Assembly: GCA_902604265.1 (NCBI GenBank)
Contig: CACKXX010000001.1
Location: 2,628-66,627, forward strand
Origin: an uncultured Pelagibacteraceae bacterium
GTDB taxonomy: Bacteria > Pseudomonadota > Alphaproteobacteria > Pelagibacterales > Pelagibacteraceae
DNA length: 64,000 nucleotides
Direction of reading: 5' to 3'
Part shown: positions 13,759 through 24,529 of the stretch, piece after piece
Numbering within the stretch: position 1 is the first letter of the stretch
Layout of the letters: each line of letters starts with the position of its first letter
The notes under the pieces: generated by a model
The model's database searches: none
The model's input: the letters and a program-made list of their open reading frames with translations, nothing else
What the model was told of the DNA's origin: nothing
Made by a program: the position numbers and the translations under genes

Positions 13759-15675
13759 TTAGTTTGAAGGTGCTTTGCTTAAAGCAGAGAATTTTTTTAA
13801 GAATAAATTTAATTCCATATTTTCTTGTTTATTAGAATCCAATCTTCTAATAGTTACAGTATTACTGTCAACTTCTTTTTTTCCACATATAAGTAAAATA
13901 GGTATTTTTGACAAAGAATGTTCTCTTATTTTATAGTTCAAGTTATGATTTTTTAGGTCAACTTCAGAAGTAATGCCTACTTTTTTTATTTTTTGATTTA
14001 CCTCTTTTGCATAGTTATCAAAATCTTCGGATACTGGTATTACCATAGTTTGAAGTGGTGATATCCAAAAAGGAAGTTTTCCTGAATAATTTTCAATTAA
14101 TATACCAATAAATCTTTCAAGAGATCCAAACAGTGCTCTATGTATCATAACTGGTATTTTTTTTGCTCCATCTTTATCAACAAATGATGCACCAAGTCTT
14201 CCTGGTAAATTTAAATCTACTTGAAGTGTTCCACATTGCCAGTCTCTTCCAATTGCGTCTCTAAGGACAAATTCTATTTTAGGTCCATAAAATGCTCCCT
14301 CTCCTTTATTTATACTATATTCAAGTTTAGAAGTTTTAATTGCTTCTAATAATGCTTTTTCTGATTTATCCCAGACTTTATCATCTCCTACACGGACATC
14401 GGGTCTATCGGAATATTTTAAAATTACGTTTTCAAAACCTAAATCTTTATAGATTTCTAAAATTAAATTTGTAACATTTAGACATTCTTCAGTAATTTGT
14501 TCTTCAGAGCAAAATATATGTGCATCGTCTTGTGTAAATGCTCTTACCCTTAAAAGTCCATGTAAAGCTCCTGATGGCTCATATCTATGAACTTTTCCAA
14601 ACTCTGACATTTTCAGTGGTAAATCTCTATAACTTTTTAGCCCTTGGTTGAAAACTTGAACGCACCCAGGACAATTCATTGGTTTAATTGCAAATACTTT
14701 TTCATCAGGGGTCGTTGATGTATACATATTGGCTCCAAATTTTTCCCAATGTCCTGACTTCTCCCATAAAGATCTATCTAAAATTTCTGGAGTATTTATT
14801 TCTTTGTACCCTGATTCATCTTGTTTTTTTCTCATATAAGAAATTAATTTTTGAAATAAATTCCATCCTTTTTCATGCCAAAAAACAGAGCCGGGACTTT
14901 CTTCTCTAAAGTGAAATAAATTCATTTCTCTTCCTAATTTTCTATGGTCTCTTTTTTCTGCTTCCTGAATTCTGTTCAAATAATCGTCTAACTGTTTCTG
15001 AGTAGACCAACTAGTTCCATAAATTCGTTGCAGCATCTCATTATTAGAGTCTCCTCTCCAATAAGCGCCAGAAACTTTCGTAAGTTTAAAATATTTTCCA
15101 ATTTTTCCTGTAGAAGTCAAATGAGGTCCTCTGCATAAGTCATGCCATTTTCCATGAAAATAAATAGATACCTCTTCCTCTTTTGGAATATCTTTAATTA
15201 TTTCAGCTTTATAAATTTCTCCAACTTTTTTAAAATGTTCAATAGCCTTATCACGCTTCCATACTTCTCTATGAGTAGGTTCGTCTCTCTCTACAATTTC
15301 TAACATTTTTTTTTCTATTTTTCTTAAATCTTCTTCAGTAAATGGTTCTTTTCTTGCAAAATCATAATAAAATCCATCATCAATTACTGGTCCAATAGTA
15401 ACTTGAGTGCCAGGAAAAAGTTCTTGTACAGCCATTGCTAATATATGCGCTGTATCATGTCTTATAGTTTCTAATCCTTCTTTGTCTTTTGATGTATAAA
15501 TTTTGACTGAACAATCTTTGTCTATTTCAAAAGTTAAATCTTTAAGTTCACCATCTATACTTACTATTAAAGCTTGCTTTGAAAGAGATTTGCTTATTTT
15601 TTCAGCAATTTGAAAACCTGTTACTTTATTCTTAAAATTTAAACTTTTTCCATCGGGTAGTTTTATATTTGGCAT
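13759..15675 (-). CDS. thrS: Threonyl-tRNA synthetase
   Basis: TGS N-terminus, DLCRGPH, RDHRKLG, KPMNCP and HRALFGSLERF. Confidence 0.98.
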   Translation of the reverse strand: MPNIKLPDGKSLNFKNKVTGFQIAEKISKSLSKQALIVSIDGELKDLTFEIDKDCSVKIYTSKDKEGLETIRHDTAHILAMAVQELFPGTQVTIGPVIDDGFYYDFARKEPFTEEDLRKIEKKMLEIVERDEPTHREVWKRDKAIEHFKKVGEIYKAEIIKDIPKEEEVSIYFHGKWHDLCRGPHLTSTGKIGKYFKLTKVSGAYWRGDSNNEMLQRIYGTSWSTQKQLDDYLNRIQEAEKRDHRKLGREMNLFHFREESPGSVFWHEKGWNLFQKLISYMRKKQDESGYKEINTPEILDRSLWEKSGHWEKFGANMYTSTTPDEKVFAIKPMNCPGCVQVFNQGLKSYRDLPLKMSEFGKVHRYEPSGALHGLLRVRAFTQDDAHIFCSEEQITEECLNVTNLILEIYKDLGFENVILKYSDRPDVRVGDDKVWDKSEKALLEAIKTSKLEYSINKGEGAFYGPKIEFVLRDAIGRDWQCGTLQVDLNLPGRLGASFVDKDGAKKIPVMIHRALFGSLERFIGILIENYSGKLPFWISPLQTMVIPVSEDFDNYAKEVNQKIKKVGITSEVDLKNHNLNYKIREHSLSKIPILLICGKKEVDSNTVTIRRLDSNKQENMELNLFLKKFSALSKAPSN

Positions 15676-16845
15676 CTATGATATTAATTTTATATATTCT
15701 GAATAAGTAGAAAAACACATTTTTTCAACATTAAATTTTTTAATTACATTTTTTCTACCCTCAATAGCCATAGATTTCAACGTTGTTTCATCTAATTCAA
15801 ATATATGAGCTAATTTATCACTTAATGCAATTGGATCTCCTGCTTTAAATAAAAAACCAGTTTTATTATCAATTATAGTTTCTTTTGATCCACCAATATC
15901 ACTCGCAACTATTACTTTTTTCATTGCTTGCGCCTCTACAGCAACTCTGCCAAAAGCTTCGGGTTCTATAGAACAATTAATAACAATGTTTGCAATTTTA
16001 TAAGCTAATGGCATTTTTTCACAATTATCTATAAATAATATATCTTTAATCAGCCTGTACTGCTCAATAAGTCTTTGAATTTTTTTTTTATATATTTTTC
16101 TTCCTTGGTCACTTCCTAAAATAATTGCAAAAAATAATTTATCAGGATTTTTTTGCTTAAAAATATTTAAAGACTCAATAAACATTTCATGACCTTTCCA
16201 AGAAGTTATTCTTCCAGGAAAAAGAATAATTTTTTTTTGATAAAAACTTAGAGTTTGATCTATTTTCCATTCAGTCATTAAATTGTTTTCAGCTTCACTT
16301 TTTATTTTTGATGAGTCAAAATATTCCAAATTTATACCCCTAAAAATAGTTAATAGTTTTTGATTTTCATTTAAGTAATTAGAATAATTTTCATTTATAT
16401 GTGAAAAAATAAAGTTTGATCCAGCAATGATCAAATCAGATTTTACCATCACTGAATTATAAAATTTTTTAATTGAACTATTAAAATTATAAGTTCCATG
16501 GAATGTTGTAACAAACTTCCTTCTAGTAATTTTGCATGCAATTAAACATGACCATGCTGGTGCACGGCTTCTAGCATGAACAATATTTATTCCAGAAAAC
16601 AAAATAATAATTGTCAAAATAATTGAGTTTAAAAAAATAAGAATAGGATTTTTGCTTTGAACAGGTAGCCTTATTAGTTTCACTTTTTTTCTGTCTATAT
16701 ATTTTAATAAAGGGCCACCGCTAGTTACTATATATGATTTGGCATCTTGCTCATGCAAGTAATGAGCTAAATCATAGCATCCAGTTTCAGCTCCTCCATA
16801 ACCTAATTTTGGAATAACCTGTAAAACTTTTAATTTAGATGACAT
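15676..16845 (-). CDS. Glycosyltransferase family 4
   Basis: GGAE, HARSRAPAW, PGRITSWKGH and EAFGRVAVEAQAM. Confidence 0.9.
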   Translation of the reverse strand: MSSKLKVLQVIPKLGYGGAETGCYDLAHYLHEQDAKSYIVTSGGPLLKYIDRKKVKLIRLPVQSKNPILIFLNSIILTIIILFSGINIVHARSRAPAWSCLIACKITRRKFVTTFHGTYNFNSSIKKFYNSVMVKSDLIIAGSNFIFSHINENYSNYLNENQKLLTIFRGINLEYFDSSKIKSEAENNLMTEWKIDQTLSFYQKKIILFPGRITSWKGHEMFIESLNIFKQKNPDKLFFAIILGSDQGRKIYKKKIQRLIEQYRLIKDILFIDNCEKMPLAYKIANIVINCSIEPEAFGRVAVEAQAMKKVIVASDIGGSKETIIDNKTGFLFKAGDPIALSDKLAHIFELDETTLKSMAIEGRKNVIKKFNVEKMCFSTYSEYIKLIS

Positions 16846-16887
16846 TTGATAGAATTATATATTAAGAATTTACTCAGATAAACTTTA

Positions 16888-17643
16888 ATGAATAAATATA
16901 AATTTTTAAAAATATCACCATCTAAGAAAATTAGGTATTTGATCAATAAATACAAAAAAAAGCCTTATGTTGTTTTTCTTCATGGATTTATGTCTGATTT
17001 AGAGGGAGAAAAACCAAAAAAAATATTAAAATACTGTAATAGTAAAAAGTTAGGATTTTTTGCTATGGAATATTCTGGACATGGAAAATCCTCTGGAAAA
17101 TTTACACAAGGAAATATTACTAAGTGGACAAATGAAGTAAAAATATCAATTAACAAAGTTGTAAAAAAAAATAAATTTATTCTTATTGGTTCAAGTATGG
17201 GTTCTTGGTTGTCTTTAAATCAATTTAAATTTTTTCATAGTCAAATTTTAGGTTTTTTAGGAATAGGATCGGCACCTGAATTTTTAGAAAATCTAATGTG
17301 GAAGAAATTTAACAGTAAAATGAAAAATGAAATTAAAAAAAAAGGAATATATTATCTTAAGCATGGAAATTATGAATATCCAATTACATATCAATTAATT
17401 AAGGATGGAAAAAAAAATAAGATTTTAAATAAAAAAATTTTAAATAAAATTCATGTTACGATGATACATGGAAAAAAAGATGAAGTTGTACCAGTTAATT
17501 ACTCCAGGAAAGTTTTAAAAATTTTTAAAAATGCAAATAAGAAATTATTAATTATCAAAAATGGAGATCATAGCTTATCTTCAAAAAGAAATCTGAAAAA
17601 AATTACAGCAGAATTAAACAGTATTATTTCTAATTTTATTTAG
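16888..17643 (+). CDS. Alpha/beta hydrolase
   Basis: HGFMSD, YSGHGKS, nucleophile elbow GSSMG, HG-D-VP and GDH. Confidence 0.88.
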   Translation: MNKYKFLKISPSKKIRYLINKYKKKPYVVFLHGFMSDLEGEKPKKILKYCNSKKLGFFAMEYSGHGKSSGKFTQGNITKWTNEVKISINKVVKKNKFILIGSSMGSWLSLNQFKFFHSQILGFLGIGSAPEFLENLMWKKFNSKMKNEIKKKGIYYLKHGNYEYPITYQLIKDGKKNKILNKKILNKIHVTMIHGKKDEVVPVNYSRKVLKIFKNANKKLLIIKNGDHSLSSKRNLKKITAELNSIISNFI

Positions 17644-20600
17644 ATAGCTATATTTATATTATCTTTTTTCGTTATTGGATTATCAAGTTTATTCAACATT
17701 TCTTTTGGGCATACTTGATAAAAATAGTTTATCTCGTTTTCATAGTCATAAATGATTTTTTCAGCTATCTTTGAATTTGTTTCTTTAAAATGTTGCTGAA
17801 TTAAATTTTTTAACAAATTTTTCCAATATTCAGTTTCAACTCTTTGCCATATAACTGTTTCTGGATTAACTTTTTTTTCAAATTCATTTTTTTCATCATA
17901 AATAAATGCCATTCCCCCTGTCATACCTGCTGCAAAATTATCTCCTACTTTACCAAGAATAACTACATTGCCACCTGTCATATACTCACAACCATTTGAA
18001 TCGCATCCTTCAACAACTGTGTTTGCCCCTGAATTTCTTACAGCAAATCTTTCACCCGCTTTTCCTGAAGCAAATAATTTTCCTGATGTTGCTCCATATA
18101 ATACAGTATTTCCTATAATTGTATTTTGATCCGAAATTAAATTACTATCTTTTGATAATTTAATTGAAATTGAGGCTCCAGACAAACCTTTGGCCACGTA
18201 ATCATTTGCATCTCCTATAAGTAAAAGTTTTAAACCCTTAATTCCAAAAGCACCGAATGATTGTCCAGCCGAACCTCTAAATTTTAAGGTTAAAAAATCT
18301 TCTTCAAGTTTTTCGTTGCCATATTTTTTTAACAAATGGTAAGATATTCTGGTGCCAACTGCTCTATGAATATTTTTTATATTAAATTCTTTATTAATTA
18401 CATTTGTTTTTCCAATTTTATCTTTAATTTCAGGAAGTATTTCTTGATCTAAAGTATCAGGAATTTGATTAATATTTTTTTTTTCACAATATCTTTTGTA
18501 ATTACCCGGATCAGGCAGAATAAAAAGTGGATGTAAATCTAAATCATCTAAATTTGAAGATCCCGTACTAACTTGTTTTAATAAATCTGTTCTTCCAATA
18601 ATTTCATTTAATTCTTTAAATCCTAATTCGGCTAATATTTCTCTTACTTCTTCTGCAATAAATTTAAACAAATTTTCAACTTTTTCTGGAGTGCCACTAA
18701 ATTTTTTTCTTAATTCTTCATCTTGAGTACAAACTCCAACTGGACAAGTGTTAGAGTGACACTGTCTAACCATAATACATCCCATTGCAACTAGGGCAGT
18801 AGTTGCAACACCATATTCCTCAGCACCCATCATTGCGGCAATAACAACATCTCTTCCTGTTTTTATTCCACCGTCAGTTTTTAAAGTAACACTGTGTCTC
18901 AAGTTATTTAAAATCAAAACCTGATTAACTTCAGTTAATCCCATTTCCCAGGGTATTCCAACATACTTAACGCTTGTTTGTGGCGTAGCTCCAGTTCCGC
19001 CGTTATGTCCTGAAATTAAAATTATGTCTGCCTTAGCTTTTGCAACTCCTGCTGCAATTGTTCCAATTCCTGATGAAGCAACCAACTTGACCGAAACTCT
19101 AGCTTTAGGGTTTACTTGCTTTAAATCATAAATTAATTGAGCTAAATCTTCTATAGAATATATATCATGATGAGGTGGTGGAGATATAAGTGTTACGCCA
19201 GGTGTAGAATGTCTTAGTTTTGCAATTTCATCCGTTACTTTAAAACCTGGTAACTGTCCTCCTTCTCCAGGTTTTGCTCCTTGGGCAATTTTAATTTCTA
19301 TCTCATTACAATTATTTAAATAATTAATTGTTACACCAAATCTTGCTGAAGCAATTTGTTTTACTCTAGAATTTGCATTATCATTATTTTTTAAAAGAGT
19401 GAATCTTTTTTCATCTTCTCCACCTTCACCACTGCATGATGCACCTTTTATTCTATTCATTCCTATAGCTAAAGTTTCATGTGCCTCTTTTGATAGAGCG
19501 CCGTGGGACATGCTACCACTTCCAAACCTTTTTAATATTTCTGATACTGGCTCAACCTCAGAAATATCTATTGAAGATTTCAAATATCTTTTTCTAAAAT
19601 CAATCAAATCTCTTATATTAATGGGTGGAAGACTATAAATTCCTTTTGTATATTTTTTATAAGTCTCATATGAATTATTAGTTACTGCGCTTTGAAGTAA
19701 ATGAATTAATTTACCTTGGTATTGATGTATTTCTCCATTTTTTCTATATTTATAAATACCTCCAATTGGTAGTACATTTTTATTGCCCTGGAATGCTTCC
19801 TTATGAATATTTTTTATCTTTTTTTCTATGCCAACCAATCCGATACCAGAAATTTTTGAGGTTACTCCATGAAAATAATCAGAGACGATTGTTCGACTTA
19901 ATCCAAGAGCTTCAAAATTACATCCACCTCTATAAGAACTTAAAACTGAAATTCCCATTTTAGACATTATCTTTAAAAGTCCAAAATTTACTGATTTGAT
20001 ATATCTTTCTATGCACTCTTCGTACGCAAGCTTTCCAAAAAGTTTTTTTTCATATCTTTGATACAGACTATCTAGAGCTAAATATGGATTAATAGTAGTT
20101 GCTCCAACTCCTAAAATTGTTGCAAATGAATGGGTATCTATAGCATCTCCAGTTTGCACATTTATAGACACATAACCTCTTAACTTTTTTTTTATTAAAT
20201 GCTTATTAATAGCACCTACACATAAAAGCATTGGAATTGCCATTTTTTCTTCTGATACATTTATATCTGTTAATATTAATTGTGTTGCACCTTGTCTTAC
20301 AGCAATTTCAGATTCTATTATAATTTTATCTAAAGATTGTATGAGAGATTGATCGTTCAAAAAAGTACATTCAATAATTTTTGAGTTTTTTCCAAAAAAT
20401 TTTATAAATTTTTCAAATTGTGAATTTGATAAAATAGGACTTTCTAAAACATAGATATTATCTTTGGTTAATTTATCAAAATTTAATATATTGCCTAAAT
20501 TTCCAAATCTTGTTTTAAGACTCATAACTTTATTTTCTCTTAATGAGTCAATAGGAGGATTTGTAACTTGACTAAAATTTTGTCTAAAAAAATGATACAA

Positions 20601-22148
20601 TGGTCTATACTTATCAGATAAAACAGCTAGCGGAGTATCATCTCCCATAGAACCAACTGCTTCTTTTGCATCCTCTGCCATTGGATGAAGGATCATTTCA
20701 AGATCTTCAATACTTATTCCAAAAGCGTGCTGTCTTTTTCTTAAATCTGTTCCAGAGAAAATAAATTTTTCCTTATCAATTGTAATTTTTTTATCTAAAT
20801 CAACTATTTGACTATTAAAGTGTTTAAATTCTTTAGCCAAATAATTTTTAATTTCGTTATTATTAAAAACTTTACCCTTATTTATTCTTATTCCAATAAT
20901 TTCTCCAGGTCCCAATCTTCCTTTTGAAATAATTTTTTTTTCATCTAATTCAATCATTCCAGTTTCAGATCCTGCAAAAAGTAACTTATCATTTGTTATT
21001 GTGTACCGTAAAGGACGCAGACCATTCCTGTCATTAGCTACAACAGCCCATTCATTATCTGTAGCAGCTATTGCTGCTGGGCCATCCCATGGTTCCATTG
21101 TGCTATTTAAAAAATTAAATAATCTTTGATGATCCCTAGGTAAAGTTTTACTTTTTTTTGACCAAGCATCTGGAATTAACATTAATTTTGCCAAAGGTGC
21201 AGGTTGACCAGAAATATTTAATAATTCAAAAACATTATCTAAAGCTGCTGAGTCAGAAGCTCCGGGTTGTATGACTGGTTTTAAATTCTCTATATTATCA
21301 AACAGTGGGCTTTCCATTTCATCCTCATGAACTTTCATCCAATTACAATTACCTCTAAAAGTATTTATTTCTCCATTATGAGCAATAGCCCTAAAAGGTT
21401 GTGCTAAATCCCAACTTGGAAATGTATTGGTCGAAAATCTTTGATGAAAAATTGCATATCTTGATATAAATCTTTCGTCATTTAAGTCAGGATAAAAATC
21501 CGATAGTGCCTCTGCTAAAAACATTCCCTTATAAATTATCGACTTTGAACTTAATGAACATATATAAAATTCCTCTATATTTTTTTTTATAATTTCATTT
21601 TCAATTTTTCTTCTAATTTCATAAAGTTTTCTTTCTAATTCTTTATCTATTAAATTTTTATTATTATACCTAAATAATATTTGAGTAATTTCGGGCCTAT
21701 TGCTGTTTGCTTTGTCTCCTAAAACCTTCGTGTTTATTGGAACTTGTCTCCATCCGTAGATTTTAAAATTTGATTTAGTAAGCTCTTTTTCAACAATAGT
21801 TTTGCAGTCTTCTTGAACATTAAAATTATCCCTTGGCAAGAAAATCATACCAACACATATTTCAGAATTATCGTGTTTATGTCCTTTGGTTTCTATCTTT
21901 TCTACGAAAAAATCATAAGGAATTTCAACGTGAATTCCTGCTCCGTCTCCTGTTTTACCATCAGCATCAACAGCACCTCTGTGCCACACAGCTTTTAAAG
22001 CTTCAATTCCATACTCTACAATCTTCCTTAATTTTTTTCCTTCGGTAGAAGCAACTAGCCCAACTCCGCATGCGTCATGCTCCATTTTTTTAGAATAAAC
22101 ATGATTTTTTTCTAAAATTTTTAAATTTTTTTTATAGTTTTTAATCAT
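17640..22148 (-). CDS. gltB: Glutamate synthase large subunit
   Basis: HDACGVG (catalytic Cys), HQRFSTNT, IKIAQGAKPGEGGQLPG and CHSNTCPVGVC 3Fe-4S motif. Confidence 0.98.
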   Translation of the reverse strand: MIKNYKKNLKILEKNHVYSKKMEHDACGVGLVASTEGKKLRKIVEYGIEALKAVWHRGAVDADGKTGDGAGIHVEIPYDFFVEKIETKGHKHDNSEICVGMIFLPRDNFNVQEDCKTIVEKELTKSNFKIYGWRQVPINTKVLGDKANSNRPEITQILFRYNNKNLIDKELERKLYEIRRKIENEIIKKNIEEFYICSLSSKSIIYKGMFLAEALSDFYPDLNDERFISRYAIFHQRFSTNTFPSWDLAQPFRAIAHNGEINTFRGNCNWMKVHEDEMESPLFDNIENLKPVIQPGASDSAALDNVFELLNISGQPAPLAKLMLIPDAWSKKSKTLPRDHQRLFNFLNSTMEPWDGPAAIAATDNEWAVVANDRNGLRPLRYTITNDKLLFAGSETGMIELDEKKIISKGRLGPGEIIGIRINKGKVFNNNEIKNYLAKEFKHFNSQIVDLDKKITIDKEKFIFSGTDLRKRQHAFGISIEDLEMILHPMAEDAKEAVGSMGDDTPLAVLSDKYRPLYHFFRQNFSQVTNPPIDSLRENKVMSLKTRFGNLGNILNFDKLTKDNIYVLESPILSNSQFEKFIKFFGKNSKIIECTFLNDQSLIQSLDKIIIESEIAVRQGATQLILTDINVSEEKMAIPMLLCVGAINKHLIKKKLRGYVSINVQTGDAIDTHSFATILGVGATTINPYLALDSLYQRYEKKLFGKLAYEECIERYIKSVNFGLLKIMSKMGISVLSSYRGGCNFEALGLSRTIVSDYFHGVTSKISGIGLVGIEKKIKNIHKEAFQGNKNVLPIGGIYKYRKNGEIHQYQGKLIHLLQSAVTNNSYETYKKYTKGIYSLPPINIRDLIDFRKRYLKSSIDISEVEPVSEILKRFGSGSMSHGALSKEAHETLAIGMNRIKGASCSGEGGEDEKRFTLLKNNDNANSRVKQIASARFGVTINYLNNCNEIEIKIAQGAKPGEGGQLPGFKVTDEIAKLRHSTPGVTLISPPPHHDIYSIEDLAQLIYDLKQVNPKARVSVKLVASSGIGTIAAGVAKAKADIILISGHNGGTGATPQTSVKYVGIPWEMGLTEVNQVLILNNLRHSVTLKTDGGIKTGRDVVIAAMMGAEEYGVATTALVAMGCIMVRQCHSNTCPVGVCTQDEELRKKFSGTPEKVENLFKFIAEEVREILAELGFKELNEIIGRTDLLKQVSTGSSNLDDLDLHPLFILPDPGNYKRYCEKKNINQIPDTLDQEILPEIKDKIGKTNVINKEFNIKNIHRAVGTRISYHLLKKYGNEKLEEDFLTLKFRGSAGQSFGAFGIKGLKLLLIGDANDYVAKGLSGASISIKLSKDSNLISDQNTIIGNTVLYGATSGKLFASGKAGERFAVRNSGANTVVEGCDSNGCEYMTGGNVVILGKVGDNFAAGMTGGMAFIYDEKNEFEKKVNPETVIWQRVETEYWKNLLKNLIQQHFKETNSKIAEKIIYDYENEINYFYQVCPKEMLNKLDNPITKKDNINIAI

Positions 22149-23596
22149 GCAACTTTTGCTTTTTTACTTTGTTTTTTTTCTAAAAAATTTTTAATAGAAA
22201 TTGCTGCTTCCCTTCCGTCTCTTATGGCCCAAACAACCAAAGAGGCTCCTCTTATAATATCTCCTGCTGCAAATATTCCTTCCAAATCTGTTTCCATTGT
22301 ATCAAAATCAACTTTAATTGTTCCCCATTGACTTACTTTTAAATTTTTATCTTTAAAAAGATTTGGAAGATCTTCAGGATCAAATCCAAGTGCTTTAATT
22401 ATAATATCAGCCTTTAAATTAAATTCTGAATTATTTTCAATAATTGGTTTTTTTCTTCCACTTTCATCAAGATCTCCAAGTTTCATTTTATCAACCACAA
22501 TGCTCTCAATTTTATTTGTTCCTACAAATTTTTTTGGATTAGATAACCAAATAAACTCAACGCCTTCTTCTTCTGCGTTAGAAACCTCTCTTGCAGAACC
22601 TGGCATATTCTCTCTGTCTCTTCTGTATAAACATTTTACAGATTTTGCATTTTGTCTAACTGAGGTTCTTACACAATCCATTGCTGTATCTCCTCCTCCA
22701 ATAACAATTACATCTTTTCCTTCTACATTGAGTGTCCCATCATCAAATTTTTCAACTTTATCACCTAAACCTTTTTTATTGGATGCAATTAAAAAATCCA
22801 TTGCAGGAAAAATATTTCTTAAATTACTACCTGGAATTTCAATTCCCCGAGCTTTGTAAACTCCAGTAGCTATAAGAATAGCGTCATGTTTTTCTTTTAG
22901 TTGATTTAGAGTAGCATCTTTTCCAACTTCAAAATTTTGAATGAACTTTATACCACTTTCTTTTAAAAGATTTGTTCTTCTCTCGACTACAAATTTTTCT
23001 AATTTAAAATTTGGAATGCCGTAAATAAGCAAACCTCCTGGTCGATCATATCTATCATAAATTGTAACTTGGTAGCCTTCTTTTCTTAATTGTTCAGCGC
23101 AAGCAAGTCCTGCTGGTCCTGCACCTATTATTCCTACTGATTGATTTTTTTCTAATTTAATCTTGATAGGTTCAACCCACTTGTTTTCCCATGCATTTTC
23201 TGTAATAAATTTTTCTATTGATCCTATTGTAACTGTCCCATGCCCAGACTGTTCAATAACACAATTACCTTCGCACAATCTATCCTGTGGACAAATTCTT
23301 CCACAAACCTCAGGCATATTATTTGTACTTTGTGCTAATTCATAAGCTTCTCTAAGTCTACCTTCTGCAGTAAGTTTGAGCCAATCGGGTATATTATTGC
23401 TTAAAGGACAATGAACTTGGCAAAAAGGGACACCGCATTGAGAACATCTACTTGATTGTTCCTTTGCTTTTTCATTTATAAATTCCTTATAAATCTCATT
23501 AAAATCTCCTTTTCGTTCCAAAACTTCTCTTTTGTCAGGATTTTTCTTATCTAATTTTACAAATTGAAGCATTTTTTTAGTCATTAAACGAACCAT
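22145..23596 (-). CDS. gltD: Glutamate synthase small subunit
   Basis: RCSQCGVPFCQVHCP, GRICPQDRLCEG, GAGPAG and GGGDTAMDC; the true start may be the second Met. Confidence 0.97.
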   Translation of the reverse strand: MVRLMTKKMLQFVKLDKKNPDKREVLERKGDFNEIYKEFINEKAKEQSSRCSQCGVPFCQVHCPLSNNIPDWLKLTAEGRLREAYELAQSTNNMPEVCGRICPQDRLCEGNCVIEQSGHGTVTIGSIEKFITENAWENKWVEPIKIKLEKNQSVGIIGAGPAGLACAEQLRKEGYQVTIYDRYDRPGGLLIYGIPNFKLEKFVVERRTNLLKESGIKFIQNFEVGKDATLNQLKEKHDAILIATGVYKARGIEIPGSNLRNIFPAMDFLIASNKKGLGDKVEKFDDGTLNVEGKDVIVIGGGDTAMDCVRTSVRQNAKSVKCLYRRDRENMPGSAREVSNAEEEGVEFIWLSNPKKFVGTNKIESIVVDKMKLGDLDESGRKKPIIENNSEFNLKADIIIKALGFDPEDLPNLFKDKNLKVSQWGTIKVDFDTMETDLEGIFAAGDIIRGASLVVWAIRDGREAAISIKNFLEKKQSKKAKVA

Positions 23597-23761
23597 ATAC
23601 CATAATTTATAAGGTTAAATAAAGAAAAGGGTAATAAGTGCTGACTATAAATCTTATTATTTGTTATATTTTATAAGAATTTGGACAAAGCTGCATGACT
23701 GTTATGCTTTCACGTAATTGCTTCATTTTAGAGTTATATTGTTTATTGGGAATAAATCAAA

Positions 23762-24529
23762 ATGATTTCAAACTATTTAGAAGTTCTTATTTTATCAATT
23801 ATTCAAGGCATTTCAGAATTTATTCCGGTTAGTTCTTCAGCTCATTTAATAATATTTTCAAATATTATTAATTTTTCAAATAAATCTCTTATATTTGATG
23901 TTGGATTACATTTGGGATCTTTGCTTGCGATAATATTTTATTTTAAAAAAGATTTATTAAATATTCTTAATGATAAAAAACTTTTCAATTTACTTTTAAT
24001 TGGCTCAATTCCTTTAATTATAGTTGGTTATATTTTTTATTCAACAGGAGCAATAAACTCTTTTAGAAGTCTAAATGTAATAGCATGGACTACATTAATT
24101 TTTGGTATTTTAATGTATTTTGCAGATACTTTTAAAATCAAAAAAAATATTGAAAAAGATTTAACAATTAAAAATATTTTAATAATTGGGGTTTTGCAAG
24201 TTCTTGCACTAATTCCTGGTGTAAGCAGAGCTGGAATAATTATAACAGCTGGTAGATTTTTAAATTTTAATAGACATGATTCAGCAAAAATATCTTTTTA
24301 TTTATCCATACCAGCTCTATTGGGAGCAAGTGTGCTTTCTTTAAAAGATGCAGTTAATGAAAATTTAGAATTTAATTTTTTTCTTATTATTTCAATTATA
24401 TTATCTTTTATTTTTTCATATCTTACAATTAAATATTTTTTAATTTATACAAAAAAATTTTCTTTAAAATTTTTTGTTATCTATAGAATTATTTTATCTA
24501 TAATAATTTTTTCAATTATATATTATTAG
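23762..24529 (+). CDS. uppP: Undecaprenyl-diphosphate phosphatase
   Basis: QGISEFIPVSSSAHL and LIPGVSRAG. Confidence 0.95.
   Translation: MISNYLEVLILSIIQGISEFIPVSSSAHLIIFSNIINFSNKSLIFDVGLHLGSLLAIIFYFKKDLLNILNDKKLFNLLLIGSIPLIIVGYIFYSTGAINSFRSLNVIAWTTLIFGILMYFADTFKIKKNIEKDLTIKNILIIGVLQVLALIPGVSRAGIIITAGRFLNFNRHDSAKISFYLSIPALLGASVLSLKDAVNENLEFNFFLIISIILSFIFSYLTIKYFLIYTKKFSLKFFVIYRIILSIIIFSIIYY

Noticed and set aside
23597-23761. Riboswitch or structured RNA between gltD and uppP
   Set aside because: Only a weak imperfect stem (GCATGAC/GTTATGC) and a TGCTGAC half-site are visible, and no recognisable riboswitch consensus.
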